Source: Octopus bimaculoides (Eukaryota). Taken from it: a stretch of DNA of 64,000 nucleotides. How positions within the stretch are numbered: position 1 is the first letter of the stretch; each line of letters begins with the position of its first letter. Positions 50,052-63,720 of the stretch are shown in pieces. A program made the translations under genes and the position numbers. The notes under the pieces are model-generated. The model did not search any database, was not told where the DNA came from, and saw only the letters and a list, made by a program, of their open reading frames with translations. The stretch spans positions 120,408,492-120,472,491 of the forward strand of contig NC_068981.1 of the NCBI RefSeq assembly GCF_001194135.2, written 5' to 3'.

Positions 50052-52109
50052 CTGGAAGAGAAAATAGAAGTAATGAGTCACAATTTCTTATCAAGAGACA
50101 GGAGCTCTAAGACAGTCCAGTATTATTGTCATTAAGTTTCTGATAGCTTTGGAGGCAATATTGATGTCAACCTATATAGGTACTTTTCCTTCACACAGGT
50201 TACACCATAACTTAATATTGAAGGTAGTGACTATGATTGGTATACACATACATACACACATAGTTGTATATTCATAACAACATGGCTCAAAAAAAAAACT
50301 TGCCTTTTTAAGTAGTAGGGTTGACCTAATTTGAGACCTCAAGAACCAATAAAGAGATTTCCTTGTTGGATTATTGTTTTTTTTAAGATTATCATCTTAA
50401 GAATTTGTGGGAGAGTTTGTAATTTTTTTTGCCAGTCAAACAACCCCTTAACCCTTTAGCTTTTAAACTGGCCATATGAAAGATCTGGTCTCTCATACCT
50501 ACATTACAATGTCATTCTGAAAACTAAACAATCACATCATCAACATCTCAAAGCTACAAGGTAATGCATGACGAATAAATAAGAATCACATTTGATAAAT
50601 TAATATGAATGCAAAAGAGTTAAAGGCTCTCCCATATTGGCTCATGCCTGGTATTCAATGTAATGTAAGTTGGAGGTAAACCCAACACAATCCAATGATA
50701 GCCCAAAATAAAATATGCACTTACCCATGTCCCGGTGGAGAATTTTCTCCAAGAGTTATTCCTGCAGTAAAAGCCCTTATAACATCCAATTAAACTCAAA
50801 TATGATAAACATGACTATACACAAATATCTGATGGGAATATCTGTTTCTCAATGTTTAATTTACAGTTATTTTGTTTCTGTTTTCTTCACCTTTCCATAG
50901 ACCTCATTCACTATTTCATGTTCTTCTGTACACTCTTTATATCTCTCTCTCTCTTCCACATAAATTTCTTTCTCTGTTACCATTATCATTTTTATTATTA
51001 TTACTACTACTATTACTAAGGCAGCAAACTGGCAGAATCATTAGCACACTGGATAAAATGCTTAATGGTATTTCGCCCGTTGCTACATTCTGAGTTCAAA
51101 TTCCACTGAGGTTGACTTTGCCTTTCACCCTTTTGGGGGTCGATGAAATAAGTACCAGTGAAACACTGGGGTTGATGTGATCAACTAGCCCCCTTCTCCT
51201 GATTTCAGGCCTTGTGCCTTTAGTAGAAAGGATTATTATTATTATTATTAAATGCAGTGAGCAGGCACAATTGTTAGCACGCCCGGTGAAATGCTTAGCG
51301 GTATTTCATCTGTCTTTATGCTCTGAGTTCAAATTTTGCTGAGGTTGACTTTGCTTTTCATCCTTTGGGGGTTAATAAATTAAGTACCAGTGGAGCACTA
51401 GGGTTGATGTAATTGACTTAATCCCTCCTCCAAAATACTGTAGGCCTTGTGTCTACAGTAGAAAGGATTATTATTATTAGAAGAGATGGAAGAGGGGAAG
51501 GAAGAAGAGAAGGAGGAGGAAGAGGGGAAGAAGAAAAAGGAGGAGAGGAGAATTAGGAGAAGAAAAAAACAGAGGAAGAAATACTTGTGAAGAGAGTCGA
51601 CAAGTGTAAACAAAAGAAACATTGCCTCTTCCTCTTTTTGTTCAAATAATCTGGAAATAAATGTGCTTGTTCTTGTGTGTGTGGGCATGCTTGTTCCTCT
51701 TTTCTCTCATCAGAGACTCCCTCCCTCCCTCACTGGTGGTATCCTCTATCATACCTGCAACTTCCTCTCCATCTCTCCTGAGACAAATGCAACTAGTTTA
51801 TCTGCCTACCTACTTAATCTAACATTGGCATATTGATATTGATATTCTACTTTCTATTTATCTATTTACTTATAACTGCAACTCTAGTAATGCTTAAATT
51901 TACAATTTTACAATGTCCATAATGCTTATACTCATAACACTGCTAACACCTACTCCTACCCCCAGTAGGGGGAACAATCTTAACACGCTTGAATGTTTGA
52001 ATGATGACAGGTCAAAAGTGAAAACAGATGTAGCATGTCTATCAAATGAACACGAAACCTTCTTTTCAGGCACTAAATAACATCTCATCTCTCCATGCCT
52101 CCTCCCACA

Positions 52110-52545
52110 TTCCTTTCCCAGTTTTTAGAGTTGGCACTGTCAATGTAGCACCACTGCTGCTATATTCCTGGTATGGCAACTGCAGGAGAAATACCTAGCC
52201 AAAGATAAACCCCTATACTTAGTTTTTGTTGACTTGGAGAAAGCCTTTGACAGGGTTCCCCGATCCCTTATCTAGTGGGCGATGCAGAAACTGGGGATTG
52301 ACGAGTAGTTAATAAGAGCTGTACAGGGATGCTGTTAGTAAGGTAAGGGTTGGTAATGAGTATAGTGAAGAATTCCAGGTAAAAGTAGGGATTCACCAAG
52401 GATCAACCCTCATCCCTCTCTTATTCATCATAGTCCTCCAGGCAATAACAGAGGAATTCAAGACAGGTTGCCTCTGGGAGCTCCCCTATGCTGATGACCT
52501 TGCTCTCATAGCAGAATCACTACCAGAACTTGAGAAGAAAGTACC
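52110..52545 (+). mobile_element. RTE LINE fragment with an internal deletion (endonuclease N-terminus joined to RT)
   Basis: RVGTVNV at ~52128 followed directly by QLQEKYLAKDKPLYLVFVDLEKAFDRVP ... HQGS...LLFIIVLQAITEEF...YADDLALIAES. Confidence 0.85.
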
Positions 52546-52559
52546 TTTGAATCATCGGG

Positions 52560-53095
52560 TGACATGCCGTGCTTGAGGATACCTATTGCGTCAAATGAAA
52601 TCAAAATCAAAACCAAAAATCAAATCACAATCAATTGGAACTTGTAGTTGTGGCCAATGCCAGTGCCACCTAACTGGCTCTCATGCTGGTGGCACGCAAT
52701 AAGCACCATTCATGCGTGGGTCATTACCAGCGCCACCTAATTGGCACCCTGTGCCAGTGACATGTAAAAAGCACCATCTGAACGTGGTCAATGCCAGTCC
52801 CCCTACCCCACCCTGACTGGTTTCTGTAGTATGTAAAAAGCACCATCCGAATGTAGCCGATGCCAGTCCACCCCACCTGCCCTGACTGGCTCCCATGCCG
52901 GTGGCACGTAAAAAGCACCTACTACACTCTCGGAGTGGTTGGCATTAGGAAGGGCATCCAGCTGTAGAAACATTACCAGATCAGATTGGAGCCTGGTGAA
53001 ACCACCTGTCTTGCCAGTCCCCAGTCAAACCGTCCAACCCATGCCAGCATAAAAAACTGGCGTTAAACGTTAGATGATGATGATGATGATGATGA
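52560..53095 (+). mobile_element. Abundant short retroposon ending in a (GAT)n tail, with internal GTAAAAAGCACC repeats
   Basis: GAGTGGTTGGCATTAGGAAGGGCATCCAGCTGTAGAAA...CCAACCCATGCCAGCAT...(GAT)n. Copies at ~3790-4010, 7420-7790, 7980-8140, 18780-18995, 26215-26540, 44085-44320 and 59170-59520. Confidence 0.85.
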
Positions 53096-53820
53096 TAGAC
53101 ATAACAGGGATTGCAGTTACAACCATGACAATATTTTTTACATTGTAAACTTATAAGCAAGACAAAACCAGAAGACTTTTTCTTCCCCACCTCCTATTAT
53201 ATTATGAGAGAGAGAGAGAGAGAGAAATGCTTTGGCTCATCATTTTCTTATTCTGAGAAAAGAAGTCCCCTCCACAAACTATTAAATTCCTTACTCCTTG
53301 TGGCAATGGAACTTAAACTTCCAGAACTTTCATTTATACTGCCAACACACCTTCACCCATTTCTTTGGGTCTTGGATTTTATCACAGGATTTGAAACTTA
53401 TTTTTTTTAGGCACAGTGCATCTACAACTACTTTATTAAATGTGTCTTTGCTTTATTTGTTTAAGATGGTAGAGTGTGATATAAGAAATTTTTGGTTGCT
53501 GTTGCTTGTAGTTCCAAGTGACAGTGTAAAGGGTTACTTGTTGGCTTGAGTATTTTAATGTAGCAACTTGCTATAGAAAGGGGTTAAAAATGTGTGCATG
53601 CGTGTGAGTTTGCACATGTATATGTAGTTTATTATAAAGGTATCTAAAACTCAACATGATATATTACAATTCAAGAAATGCAGTTTGGAAGGCAGTTCAT
53701 GCTACATACATGTAGCCACAAGAATTATTGTCACTGGTTGCAAAATCCATTGACAGGCAATTGTTTGAATTTTGTATAAATATCTATTTCTCATATCACA
53801 CACACGCACATGCGCGCGCG

Positions 53821-53865
<45 letters not shown>

Positions 53866-55799
53866 GCAAACATGTATTTAATGGTTTAATCAAAGGAGGA
53901 AGAGCATTGTCCAAACCTTTTTCAGAGTTTCCATAACTAAAGAGAAAGTGAAAGAGGAAGTTTTTCTCAAAGCAGAAACCTAGCCTGAAGGCTTGCAACA
54001 GAGTGGATTTGGCTAAAGACACAATGGGGGACAGGTGGGGGTATTAAATTGGTTGATTAGATACAGATATTAATTTGTTAAAATATCTAAAGAAAACCTT
54101 AGAAGTAAGTGTTTTGTTACTGAATAATCAAACATATTGATTTCTAACATTTGCACAAGGCCACAAATTCATAGCCAATTGTACTGACCACTGTACACAA
54201 CTGGTATATATTTTGTCTTGATCAATGAAATGCAGAGTTAACACCTTGCTGCAATTTGAAACTGGGATATAAAAAAGACAGCAAAATAGTGCAAAGCATT
54301 TTATCTGATGCTCTGCTACTTCTGTCACCAGTTACCTTTATTTATTGTAAATACTAGAGACATTTTGATTTCAAGTTCTCAGCAGCTGATACAAACTGAC
54401 TATAGGTGGGCAGTAATGTTGGCAACACAGCAGAAATTAATATGAAGAAGTGAACATTTTACAAGCAAACACAATGTGAAAATAAGCAATTTATCATAGA
54501 TGATTAAATCTCATCAGCAGTTTCTATCATATCCTATGTTGACAGGATGTATTCAAGTTATGAAAAAAAAAAAAATGACTGGGGAACAAAGCTCACAGTA
54601 GCTAAATTGCTAGATATTCTAAGCAGATGTTCAGTCAACGAATTTATGTTTAATATCTTAAACCACACTTTACTATCTTAACTAAATCTTAAACTTTGTT
54701 TCATCCCCATAATCATTTTGTAAATTCCATCTTAAAAGAGATTTAATGGAAGATATACATAAGATATCAGAGATGTAGTTTTAAATAACATTTTATTTCC
54801 GTTAATATTTCAACTGGAGTACAACAGCCCAAAGGTAAATATTCAATGAATCACAACAAATGAGAACATAGTACATTTAAGATAAATGGACAACATTTAA
54901 TAACGTTATATAAAGCAAAATCATTTAGGTTTTATTTGTATAGAAAACAAGCATGTATGTCGATATGAATATGTCTCTCTCTCTCTCTCTGAATGTTGTT
55001 CTCGAAATGTATGTCTGTCAATATGAATATAACTGAATGAGAATGCTCTTCTCATAATGTATGTCAATAGTAATGTCTGTAACATCAGGTGATGTGAATT
55101 TTTCTGTTGTCTCAGTTATATCTTTCCTCAACAACTGTCAGATGCAAAATGAGTAAAAATCTTCCTTGCTAAGTACTTTGTAGTTATGAACACGCATGAC
55201 TTAGTTTACATCACCATTTCAGTTATATTTCAGGTGATGTCAAACTAAGGCATGTCCACAAACTTATTGGTGTATGAAAAGAACTGCTCCATTGGTGCTG
55301 ACCTCAAGACTAAACCACAATAACAGCATTAAACTACTAGTTGACTTTGCAGTGTGACCCCCTACTGACTGTAGTAAAATCAGATATTCCTACCATTTAT
55401 TTCTATTCTGCAAGGTAGACAGGGTCATTAAGAGTTAAGTGTGTTGGTCACTGACCTAATGTAATCTCAACGACATGATATGAATGGCCCCCCCCCCACC
55501 TCCAGCTAGTTATCTGGTAATCTAGTACTGTGTTTCTCAGAGAGTGTTCTGAGGAACAGAAGAATTCCACAGAAAAAAATGTTAAGTAAATTTAACAAAA
55601 ATTTATTTTATACACAAAAAGGTATTCCCCATTTTCAAAATAAGTTATATGTTTTTATATGATGAGATGCATGATCACGTAGTTAAGTTTGCTTTACAAC
55701 CATGTACTTTCAGGTTCATTCCTGCTGCATGGCAATGTGGGTAGGTGTCTCCTTTTATATAGCCTTAGGCTGACCAAATCCTTGTAAGTGGAAATGAAG

Positions 55800-57610
55800 A
55801 CAGAAACCATAGGAAGCTCATTAACAAGGAGAGAAGCTAGGCATCAGGTGTACTTAGCTAAACTAGAAGCAGAAAGGAAGAGATCTGTATCTTTCTGTAA
55901 TGTGAGGATCAGGGGCATAAGGTGTTATGTCAAAAAAACAAAACAAGATTGGAGAGAAGTATATCCAAGATGATAGAGACATGCTTACCCTTAATGCTGA
56001 TGACAATAAAGAAGCATGGAAGTGCTATTATGAGACTTTGTTGAATGAAAAGAATGCATGGGATAAAGAGGGTACAGCAATTCAAATTGACAGCAGTATG
56101 ATAGAGTGATTACAAAAATGAAAGTAGGGAAAACTCAGAGATAGTTGCTGAGATGCTCAAAATTTCTGGAGAGGTAGGATACATGCTAGTCACCTAAATA
56201 GTTAACCAGGTAATACAGGAAGATATCATAACCAGTGACTGATATAGCAGTATCATTGTAAACTGCTACAAGGGCAAGGGTTAGGGTTACAGGTTAGGGT
56301 TAGGGTTAGTGTTACAGAAAGAAAATTAGAGAGGCATCAAACTGGTGAACCAAACTATGAATGTCACAGATAGAGTGATAATATAAGTGATATCAAAAAC
56401 AGATTTAGCTTGGATGTGATGCTGTTTAGATTTATGTATGGAAGAGGCATCAAAGATGCAATCTTCTGAGTGAAGCAGCTGCAAGAAAGGTAGCTTGCAA
56501 AGAGTAAACTTCTAACATTCATAGACTTGGAGAAAACTTTTGACTGAATGTCACACTTGATAATTTTGTGGTTACTAAAGAAAGTAGGTGTAGATGAATG
56601 GCTTGTGAGGGCTGTACAAGCTATGCACAAAAGTGCAGTTAATAAAGCAAGAGTCAATGATGTGTTCAGCAATGAATTTAATGTGGAGGTAGGCGTTCAA
56701 CAAAGTTTGGTGCTCAATCTGATATATTCATCATAGTCCTGCAGGCCATCACAACAGAGTTGAAAATAGTCTCTCAAGAACTCCGATAAGCAGATGATCT
56801 AGCTCTCATAGTTGAATCTATAATAGAATTAGAGAAGAAATTCCAAACATAGAATTAAAACTAGAATTGAGAGGCTTCATAGTAAACTTAGCAAAGACTA
56901 AGATGTTAGCAAGTAGAAAAAATATAGGATCTTGATATCATAAGGAAATGGCTTTGTTTGATATGCAAAATAGGAGCAGGTAGAGATTTTATGTGCTGTA
57001 CCAATTGTTAGCTGTAGAGATACAAGAGATATAGTAGAGTCACAGGTAGACTCACAGAGAAAACAGGCTTTCTATGATGCTGATGCACTGGAGCAACAAG
57101 TACTAAGAGCACACCAGAAACAGATTCTCTACAAATATCTGGCTGGGTCACTAGAAGTAGTTGATAGCTTCTGTAACCTAAGATGCATAATTAGCAGTGG
57201 TGGTGGTTGTTCAAAAGAGTAGTAGCTAGGATAACAAAAGACAAGAAATTATTCAGGGAGCTATTACCTCTGTTGGAAATAAAGGGCTTCTTGTCTGAGG
57301 GTGAAGTGCAGATGATATGAAACATGTTCTAATTGCTGTCAGATAGCTTTGAATGCTGAAGACTTGTAAAGGAACAAAGCTAACACATTCTGAATGTGAA
57401 ATGTCAGAGTGCATGAATGTTAGAGTACAAATGATCTGAGAAAAAAAAAAACTAGGTTAGCTGTAGAGTGCAGGAGAGAAGGCTATATTGGTATAGACAT
57501 GTGATGCATATGGAGAATGAGTGCTTCATAAAGAAGTGCTGTGTGCATCAAGTAAGTGAAACCCATATTATTGCAAGTGAAACCTGTAAAGGGGGTTGAA
57601 TACATAGGTA
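55800..57610 (+). mobile_element. Long decayed RTE LINE
   Basis: KEAWKCYYETLLNEKNAWD, FIDLEKTFD, GVDEWLVRAVQAM, FIIVLQAITTE, ADDLAL; many stops and frameshifts. Confidence 0.85.
56276..56316 (+). repeat. Short degenerate (TTAGGG)n interstitial telomeric repeat inside the RTE relic
   Basis: aaggg ttaggg ttacagg ttaggg ttaggg ttagtg ttacag. Confidence 0.8.
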
Positions 57611-60137
57611 TAATTTCCACAATGTCTTCAAAATTGTAAAAAGGTTCTGTGACAAAATAAGTTTGGAAGCCACTACTTATGTGTTCAATCCTTTCGACCA
57701 TTGACACTTTCCAATTGTGAATGGAAGATAGTAAAGAGTAAAAATATAATAAATACAATTTTTGCTTAGTCATGGTCATGTGATTAAGAAGCTTCCTTTG
57801 CAACCACAAGGTTTTAGATTCAGTGACACTGTGCAACATCTTGGGCAAGTGTCTTCTACTGTAGTCATGGGCCAATCAATACCCTGTGAGTGAATTTTGT
57901 AGACAGAAACTTCATGGAAGTCCATTGTATAAATATATAAATTTATGTACTTATGTGTGTGTGTGTGTGTGTGTATGTCAACCACTTGACAACCCTTGTT
58001 GGTTGGTTTATGTTCACATAACTTACTAGGTCAGCAAAAGAGAGTGATAGACTAAGTACCAGACTCATAAAGATAAATGAGAACTGATATTGATTTGTTT
58101 GACAAAAAGCTTTCTAGGTGGTACCCCAGCATGACTGCAGTCCCATGACTGAAACAAATAAAAAATAAAAGATGACAAAAGACTAGTAATTAGAAATGCT
58201 CATTAGGGGTTATTTTTGTTGCCTCATCATCAAGAAGAAAAGTGGTAGACCATGGCCTGATGTCAAGGATTTATTATTATTAACATTATCACATCACCAA
58301 ATAGTTTCAGTGTTGTTTATGGTTTTTGTTTACATTTAGCTATGTCACTCTGCTGGCAATATAACATCAATTAATTCTCTTCCTGACATTCATTGAAATG
58401 TAGTTAGGCTTTTATTGGATAAAAACGGATTTAATTTTTATGACAGAATACTAAGAAGGCATTGCAAGTGAGAGGTATTGACCAATCAATGGTCTGACAA
58501 TGCCCCGCCTGAATTTCATGCAGTGAGATTTATTGTGAGATAATGGTTTGATATGGTTTATCTTTATAAATCACTCAAGATTAAATATAAAACATAGAAA
58601 AAAAAAGTTATATATATATATAAAAAAAGGATATTAGGATTAGGTGGAATTTGAAATGATGAAATTCTGGGGAGAAAAAGGAACTGTCAGATGAGTAGTT
58701 ACAAAGCAGAATCTGACTGTAATGACATGGTTCTTAAACTGACAAAAAACCAGCCTCTACACAGACACAGATACATACACACACACAACAAGTGAAATTC
58801 CACCTCCGTTTGTTATTATTATGAAAATAAAACAAAGTTTGCATTCATATAATTCTTTTTTTTTTTTTGCCATGATATTGGACAAGCTGAAAATGTTTAA
58901 AACCACGTAATTTCTATTAAAAACAGCATTTTGTTGGTCTTTTGTTTCTCAATACTCACAGACCCCCTCGCTTCTCCTCATAGAAAACACTGTATTTGGT
59001 GGACATGTTAGCTGGTGAATAATCCTATAAAATTTTGTCTTTTACTTTATATCTGTCTTCTTGCACCAGTCATTAGATGTCTGGGAAAGGTCTCTTTAAT
59101 CATTCTGACTCCCAAGTTAAAACTTTCATCATCATCATCATCATCACCATCACCATCACCATCACCACCACCACCACCACCACCATCATCATTTAGCACC
59201 CATTTTCCATGCTGCTGGAATAGGTCAGATAGTTTTATTGGAACTGGTAAGCCAGAGAGCTGCACCAGGCTCCAGTCTTTTTTGGCTTGGTTTCTATGAA
59301 TGGATGCCCTTCCTAATGCCAATCACTCCACAGTGTAGTGGGTGCTTTTAACGTGTCACTGGCATGGGTGCTTTTTACATTTCACCAGCACTGGCCACAA
59401 CTATGATTTCACTAGGCTTAATGTGTCTTCTCAGGTACAGCAAATTGTCAACAGTCTCAGTTACTTGTCATTGCCTCCATGAGACTCAACATCCGAAGAT
59501 CATATTTCAGCACCTCATCCCATTTCTTCCTGGGTCTACTTCTTCCACAGGTTCCCACCACAGTTAGGGATCAGCACTTCTTTATGCAGCTGTCCAAAAA
59601 ACAAAATCTGCAACAGCATTTGAGCATTGTTTTAAAATTCATTTTTTTCAGTACTGTCTTAAGGCACGAGCAAACTGAGCAGTTACCTGTGAGACTGACA
59701 GGTCTGAGGGTGCAACTGATGTACGTAAGCTGTGGCTTGCTATCAATAAATAAATACTAGAGGCACCCCCACCACCATGCACTGAATTACCATAGGAGGT
59801 GGCGGCCTATAATGCTGTTAAGACAGCCCTGCTTTTATTTCCTAGAAGTCAAAGAGCAAAACAAAACTATCAAGTAAGGCAGTACAAAAAAATCCTTATG
59901 ATTACAACTAAAACCCATAAGTTGATGTGGGACATAAACACACCAACACCAGTTCTCAAAATGGTGGTGGTGGTGGGGGGAGGGCAAATCCACACAAAAA
60001 TACTTGTGGTTTCAAGTGGTGAGGCACTGAAACAACTGTAACCAATATCAAACTTATGCCATATTGGTATCTTCATTCCTGTCTTCTTCTTCTACTACTA
60101 CTCACCACCACTACAACTACTACTATTACTACTACTG

Positions 60138-60179
<42 letters not shown>

Positions 60180-62249
60180 TGCTGCCATCATCACTATCAT
60201 CATCATCATCACCAAACAGAATTATCAAATAAGGCAGGAAAGAAATCCTTGTCTACAACTAAAACCCACAAGCTGATGTCTCCATCTTATCAAACATTAG
60301 TTCTTTCCACATCAAACTTTACCTCATCCATTTTATCCATCTCATTATCTTTTATCTTTTACATGTTTCATTCATTAGACTGTGGCCATGCTGGGGCACT
60401 GCCTGGAAGATTTTTTTAGTTGAATGAATTGACCCATTTTTTTTGTTAATCCTGGTACTTATTCTATCAGTCTCTTTTGCTGAACTGCTAAGTTATGGGA
60501 TGTAAACACACCAACACTAGCCAAGTGGTGGTGGGTATAAACACACACACACACACAATAGGCTTCTTTCAGTTTCTGTCAACCAAATCCACTCACGAGG
60601 CTTTGCTCAACCTAAGGCTATAGTAGATGAAACTCACTTAAGGTACCATGGAGTGAGACTGAACCCGGAACCATGTGGTTGTGGAGCAAGCTTCTTACCA
60701 CACAGCCACATCTGTGCCTTTCACATTATCTTTCTTAAACACCTCTCTATAAATCAAATTTTTCATGTGAAAAGTACCACCTCTCCAATTTCAGGTCAGT
60801 GGAAGATATATAGCATAATATAGTCCAGATTATACAATGCCTTGAACCAAATGAGATAGTCATGGCTGTTGTATATTTGATCATATGTTTGCTCAGTGAG
60901 GAGTAACCTAGGGTTAAATAACAACAATAATGATGACAGTGATGGTAACAATGTTATCTACAACAATGATGACAACAATAACCATTTGCACACATTCTCT
61001 TAGTTTCTGTTACTGAAATTAAAAATCTAGGTGCCCTCACTCTTACATATGTCTTTCTAATTGTTATCTTATGAACAATTTATCTACTGTTTATCCTACA
61101 ACTGCAATCCTCTATGATATTCCTGCCTAGCAGAAATGCAGGCTGAACATCAGCAGCATCCATATCCTCAGCCTAGTCTGAGAAAGGATGGGCCACTGGT
61201 TCTCTCCAGACTAAACTATAAAAATAAACTCCACAAAAAGCAAAAAGAAAAACAATAAATGAAATTGAAATGAAAAATTTTGATAATTTAAACAAATAAA
61301 TAATGAAAATCAAATAAAAAAATAAACAACAATAAAATTTGTAAACCTACATCAAACAAAATACAAACGAAATACAAAACTGAATTGAATAAAACAAAAA
61401 GAAAGACATGAAAAACAACACAGCCAGACCTTCGACACATTTTAAAGATTTCCTAATAAAGCCAACCGTTGCTTTTTCCAAACAAAATATTGATTTCTTT
61501 GGATTTGGCACAAGAGCAACTTTTGTAAAGGGAAGGATAGAGTCAATTGAATCAGCTCAAGTATATTAAAGATACTTATTTTATTGACTCCAAGCAAATG
61601 AAAAGACAAAGCTCATTGTATTCAGAATAGAGAGGAAAACTGATTTTATCTAATGCACAGCCAACTAACTAACTGAGGATTTTACTTTTGTGCTAAACAT
61701 GTCTTATTTATTTGGAATGAAACTCCTGTAGCAACATACACTGTAAAAGCCAATACTTTATTCCATTGTTTTATTTCTAGATCTATGTTACAAGGTAAGT
61801 AGTGTAACCAAACCTTTGAGTTGAATCTACTGGGTCCACACTGCTGCAAGCATTTGGGCCAGGCTTTTATTCTAATGAAAATGACTCTGCATCCAACAAG
61901 TAGTCTTGGTGACCCCTGTAAAAGGTTGTAGCTGTTGTCCTTTTTTATCTGACTAAGGCATCAAGATCATTGTTTTAATGATCACATAGATGCAAAGAGA
62001 ATTGGTTATGACATTCTTTGCAACTATCACATGTTGTCAAGGTCAAGAAACAGTAACACACACACACACACACACACACATAAATACACAATAGGCTTCT
62101 TTCAGTTTTCATCTACAAACTCTACTGACAAGGCTTTGTCTGGCCCAAGGCTATAGTACAAGACACTTGCCCAAAGTACCATGCAGTGGGACTGAACCTG
62201 GAACCATGTGGTTGGGAAGCAAGCTTCTAACCACACAGCCATGCCTGCA

Positions 62250-62288
<39 letters not shown>

Positions 62289-62685
62289 NNNNNNNNNNNN
62301 NNNNNNNNNNNNNNNNNNNNNNNNNNNNNNNNNNNNNNNNNNNNNNNNNNNNNNNNNNNNNNNNNNNNNNNNNNNNNNNNNNNNNNNNNNNNNNNNNNNN
62401 NNNNNNNNNNNNNNNNNNNNNNNNNNNNNNNNNNNNNNNNNNNNNNNNNNNNNNNNNNNNNNNNNNNNNNNNNNNNNNNNNNNNNNNNNNNNNNNNNNNN
62501 NNNNNNNNNNNNNNNNNNNNNNNNNNNNNNNNNNNNNNNNNNNNNNNNNNNNNNNNNNNNNNNNNNNNNNNNNNNNNNNNNNNNNNNNNNNNNNNNNNNN
62601 NNNNNNNNNNNNNNNNNNNNNNNNNNNNNNNNNNNNNNNNNNNNNNNNNNNNNNNNNNNNNNNNNNNNNNNNNNNNNNNNNNNNN

Positions 62686-63720
62686 GACAAAAGAGAAAAC
62701 TGGAAAAGATACCTGAATGACTGTTTTATCATTTGGAAGGAGATCATTGATAAACTCTTGGACATCAAATTAACACTAAATGATATAAATAGTAACATTC
62801 AGTTCACAATGGAATATAACAAAGAACAGCTCCCATTTTTGGACATCATGATAAAAAAAGTCAACAATCAAATTATTACTGACATCTATCATAAACCAAT
62901 GGACTCAAAACAATATCTCCTCTTTAGTTCATGCCACTCAAAACACATCAAAATAAATATCCCCTTTAATTTGGCAAAAAGGATTTGCACAATAGTGTCT
63001 GATAGAACTACTCAGGACCTTCGACTTCAAGACCTCAAAACAACACTAACTGAAAGACAATATCCACCCTCAGTTATAGACGAGGGAATTAAACGTGCCA
63101 AAAAATTAAACATAAAAACACTAAGGTCAACAAAGCATAACACCACACCTCATCTCAAAACACTAGTGTTTATATCAACCCACAACCCTAGAAGCAGTGA
63201 GGCATACAACACTATCATGCAAAATCTTCCTTTACTAACTGGTAATCCAAAAATGAACAACATCCTGAAAACACATAAACTCATCAAATGTAAAAAGCAA
63301 CACAAATCGCTAAAGAGACTTCTAACAAATGTGAAGCTTTACAAAACAACCACAAAACTAATGGTTAAAAATGCGGACGCCCAAACTGTGGAACATGCCC
63401 CAACCTACTTGAAGGCTTGGATTTCCTTTTCAAACAAGGAGAGAGGTTCACAATTAAAACCAGTTTCAATTGTGCCCCTGAGAACCTAATTTATGTAATA
63501 ACCTGCTTGGATTGTGAACAACACTATATTGGACAGAGGAGTATGACTTTGAGACAGAGAACCACTCTACATAAAGAGCAGATCTGGTTCCCACAATACA
63601 GACAAATTCCTCTAAGTGAACACATAAAGAAATGTGCCGGTCCATCAAACCAAATTTCACATGCAAACATACAATTTCTCAACAAGAATGTCTAAATAAA
63701 CTTTTTTCATCCAAAAATAC
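62686..63720 (+). mobile_element. Penelope-like retroelement (RT C-terminus, Cys-rich linker, GIY-YIG endonuclease), disrupted; 5' part hidden by the N gap
   Basis: WKRYLNDCFIIW (decayed YxDD), LPFLD, INIPFNLAKRICTIVSD; frameshift in the A-run at 63367-71 into KCGRPNCGTCP...NLIYVITCLDCEQHYIGQ. The Cys-rich linker suggests the Neptune clade. Confidence 0.92.

Noticed and set aside
60064-60276. Poly-Tyr/His ORF and the many YIYI, THTH and VCVC ORFs in the track
   Set aside because: Translations of microsatellites, which lack stop codons in some frames; no splice or homology support.
62167-62685. Long ORFs of 440, 215 and 170 aa in the ORF track
   Set aside because: They run through a SINE, a TA tract and ~400 Ns; only the part after 62686 (Penelope-like) is real coding-derived sequence.
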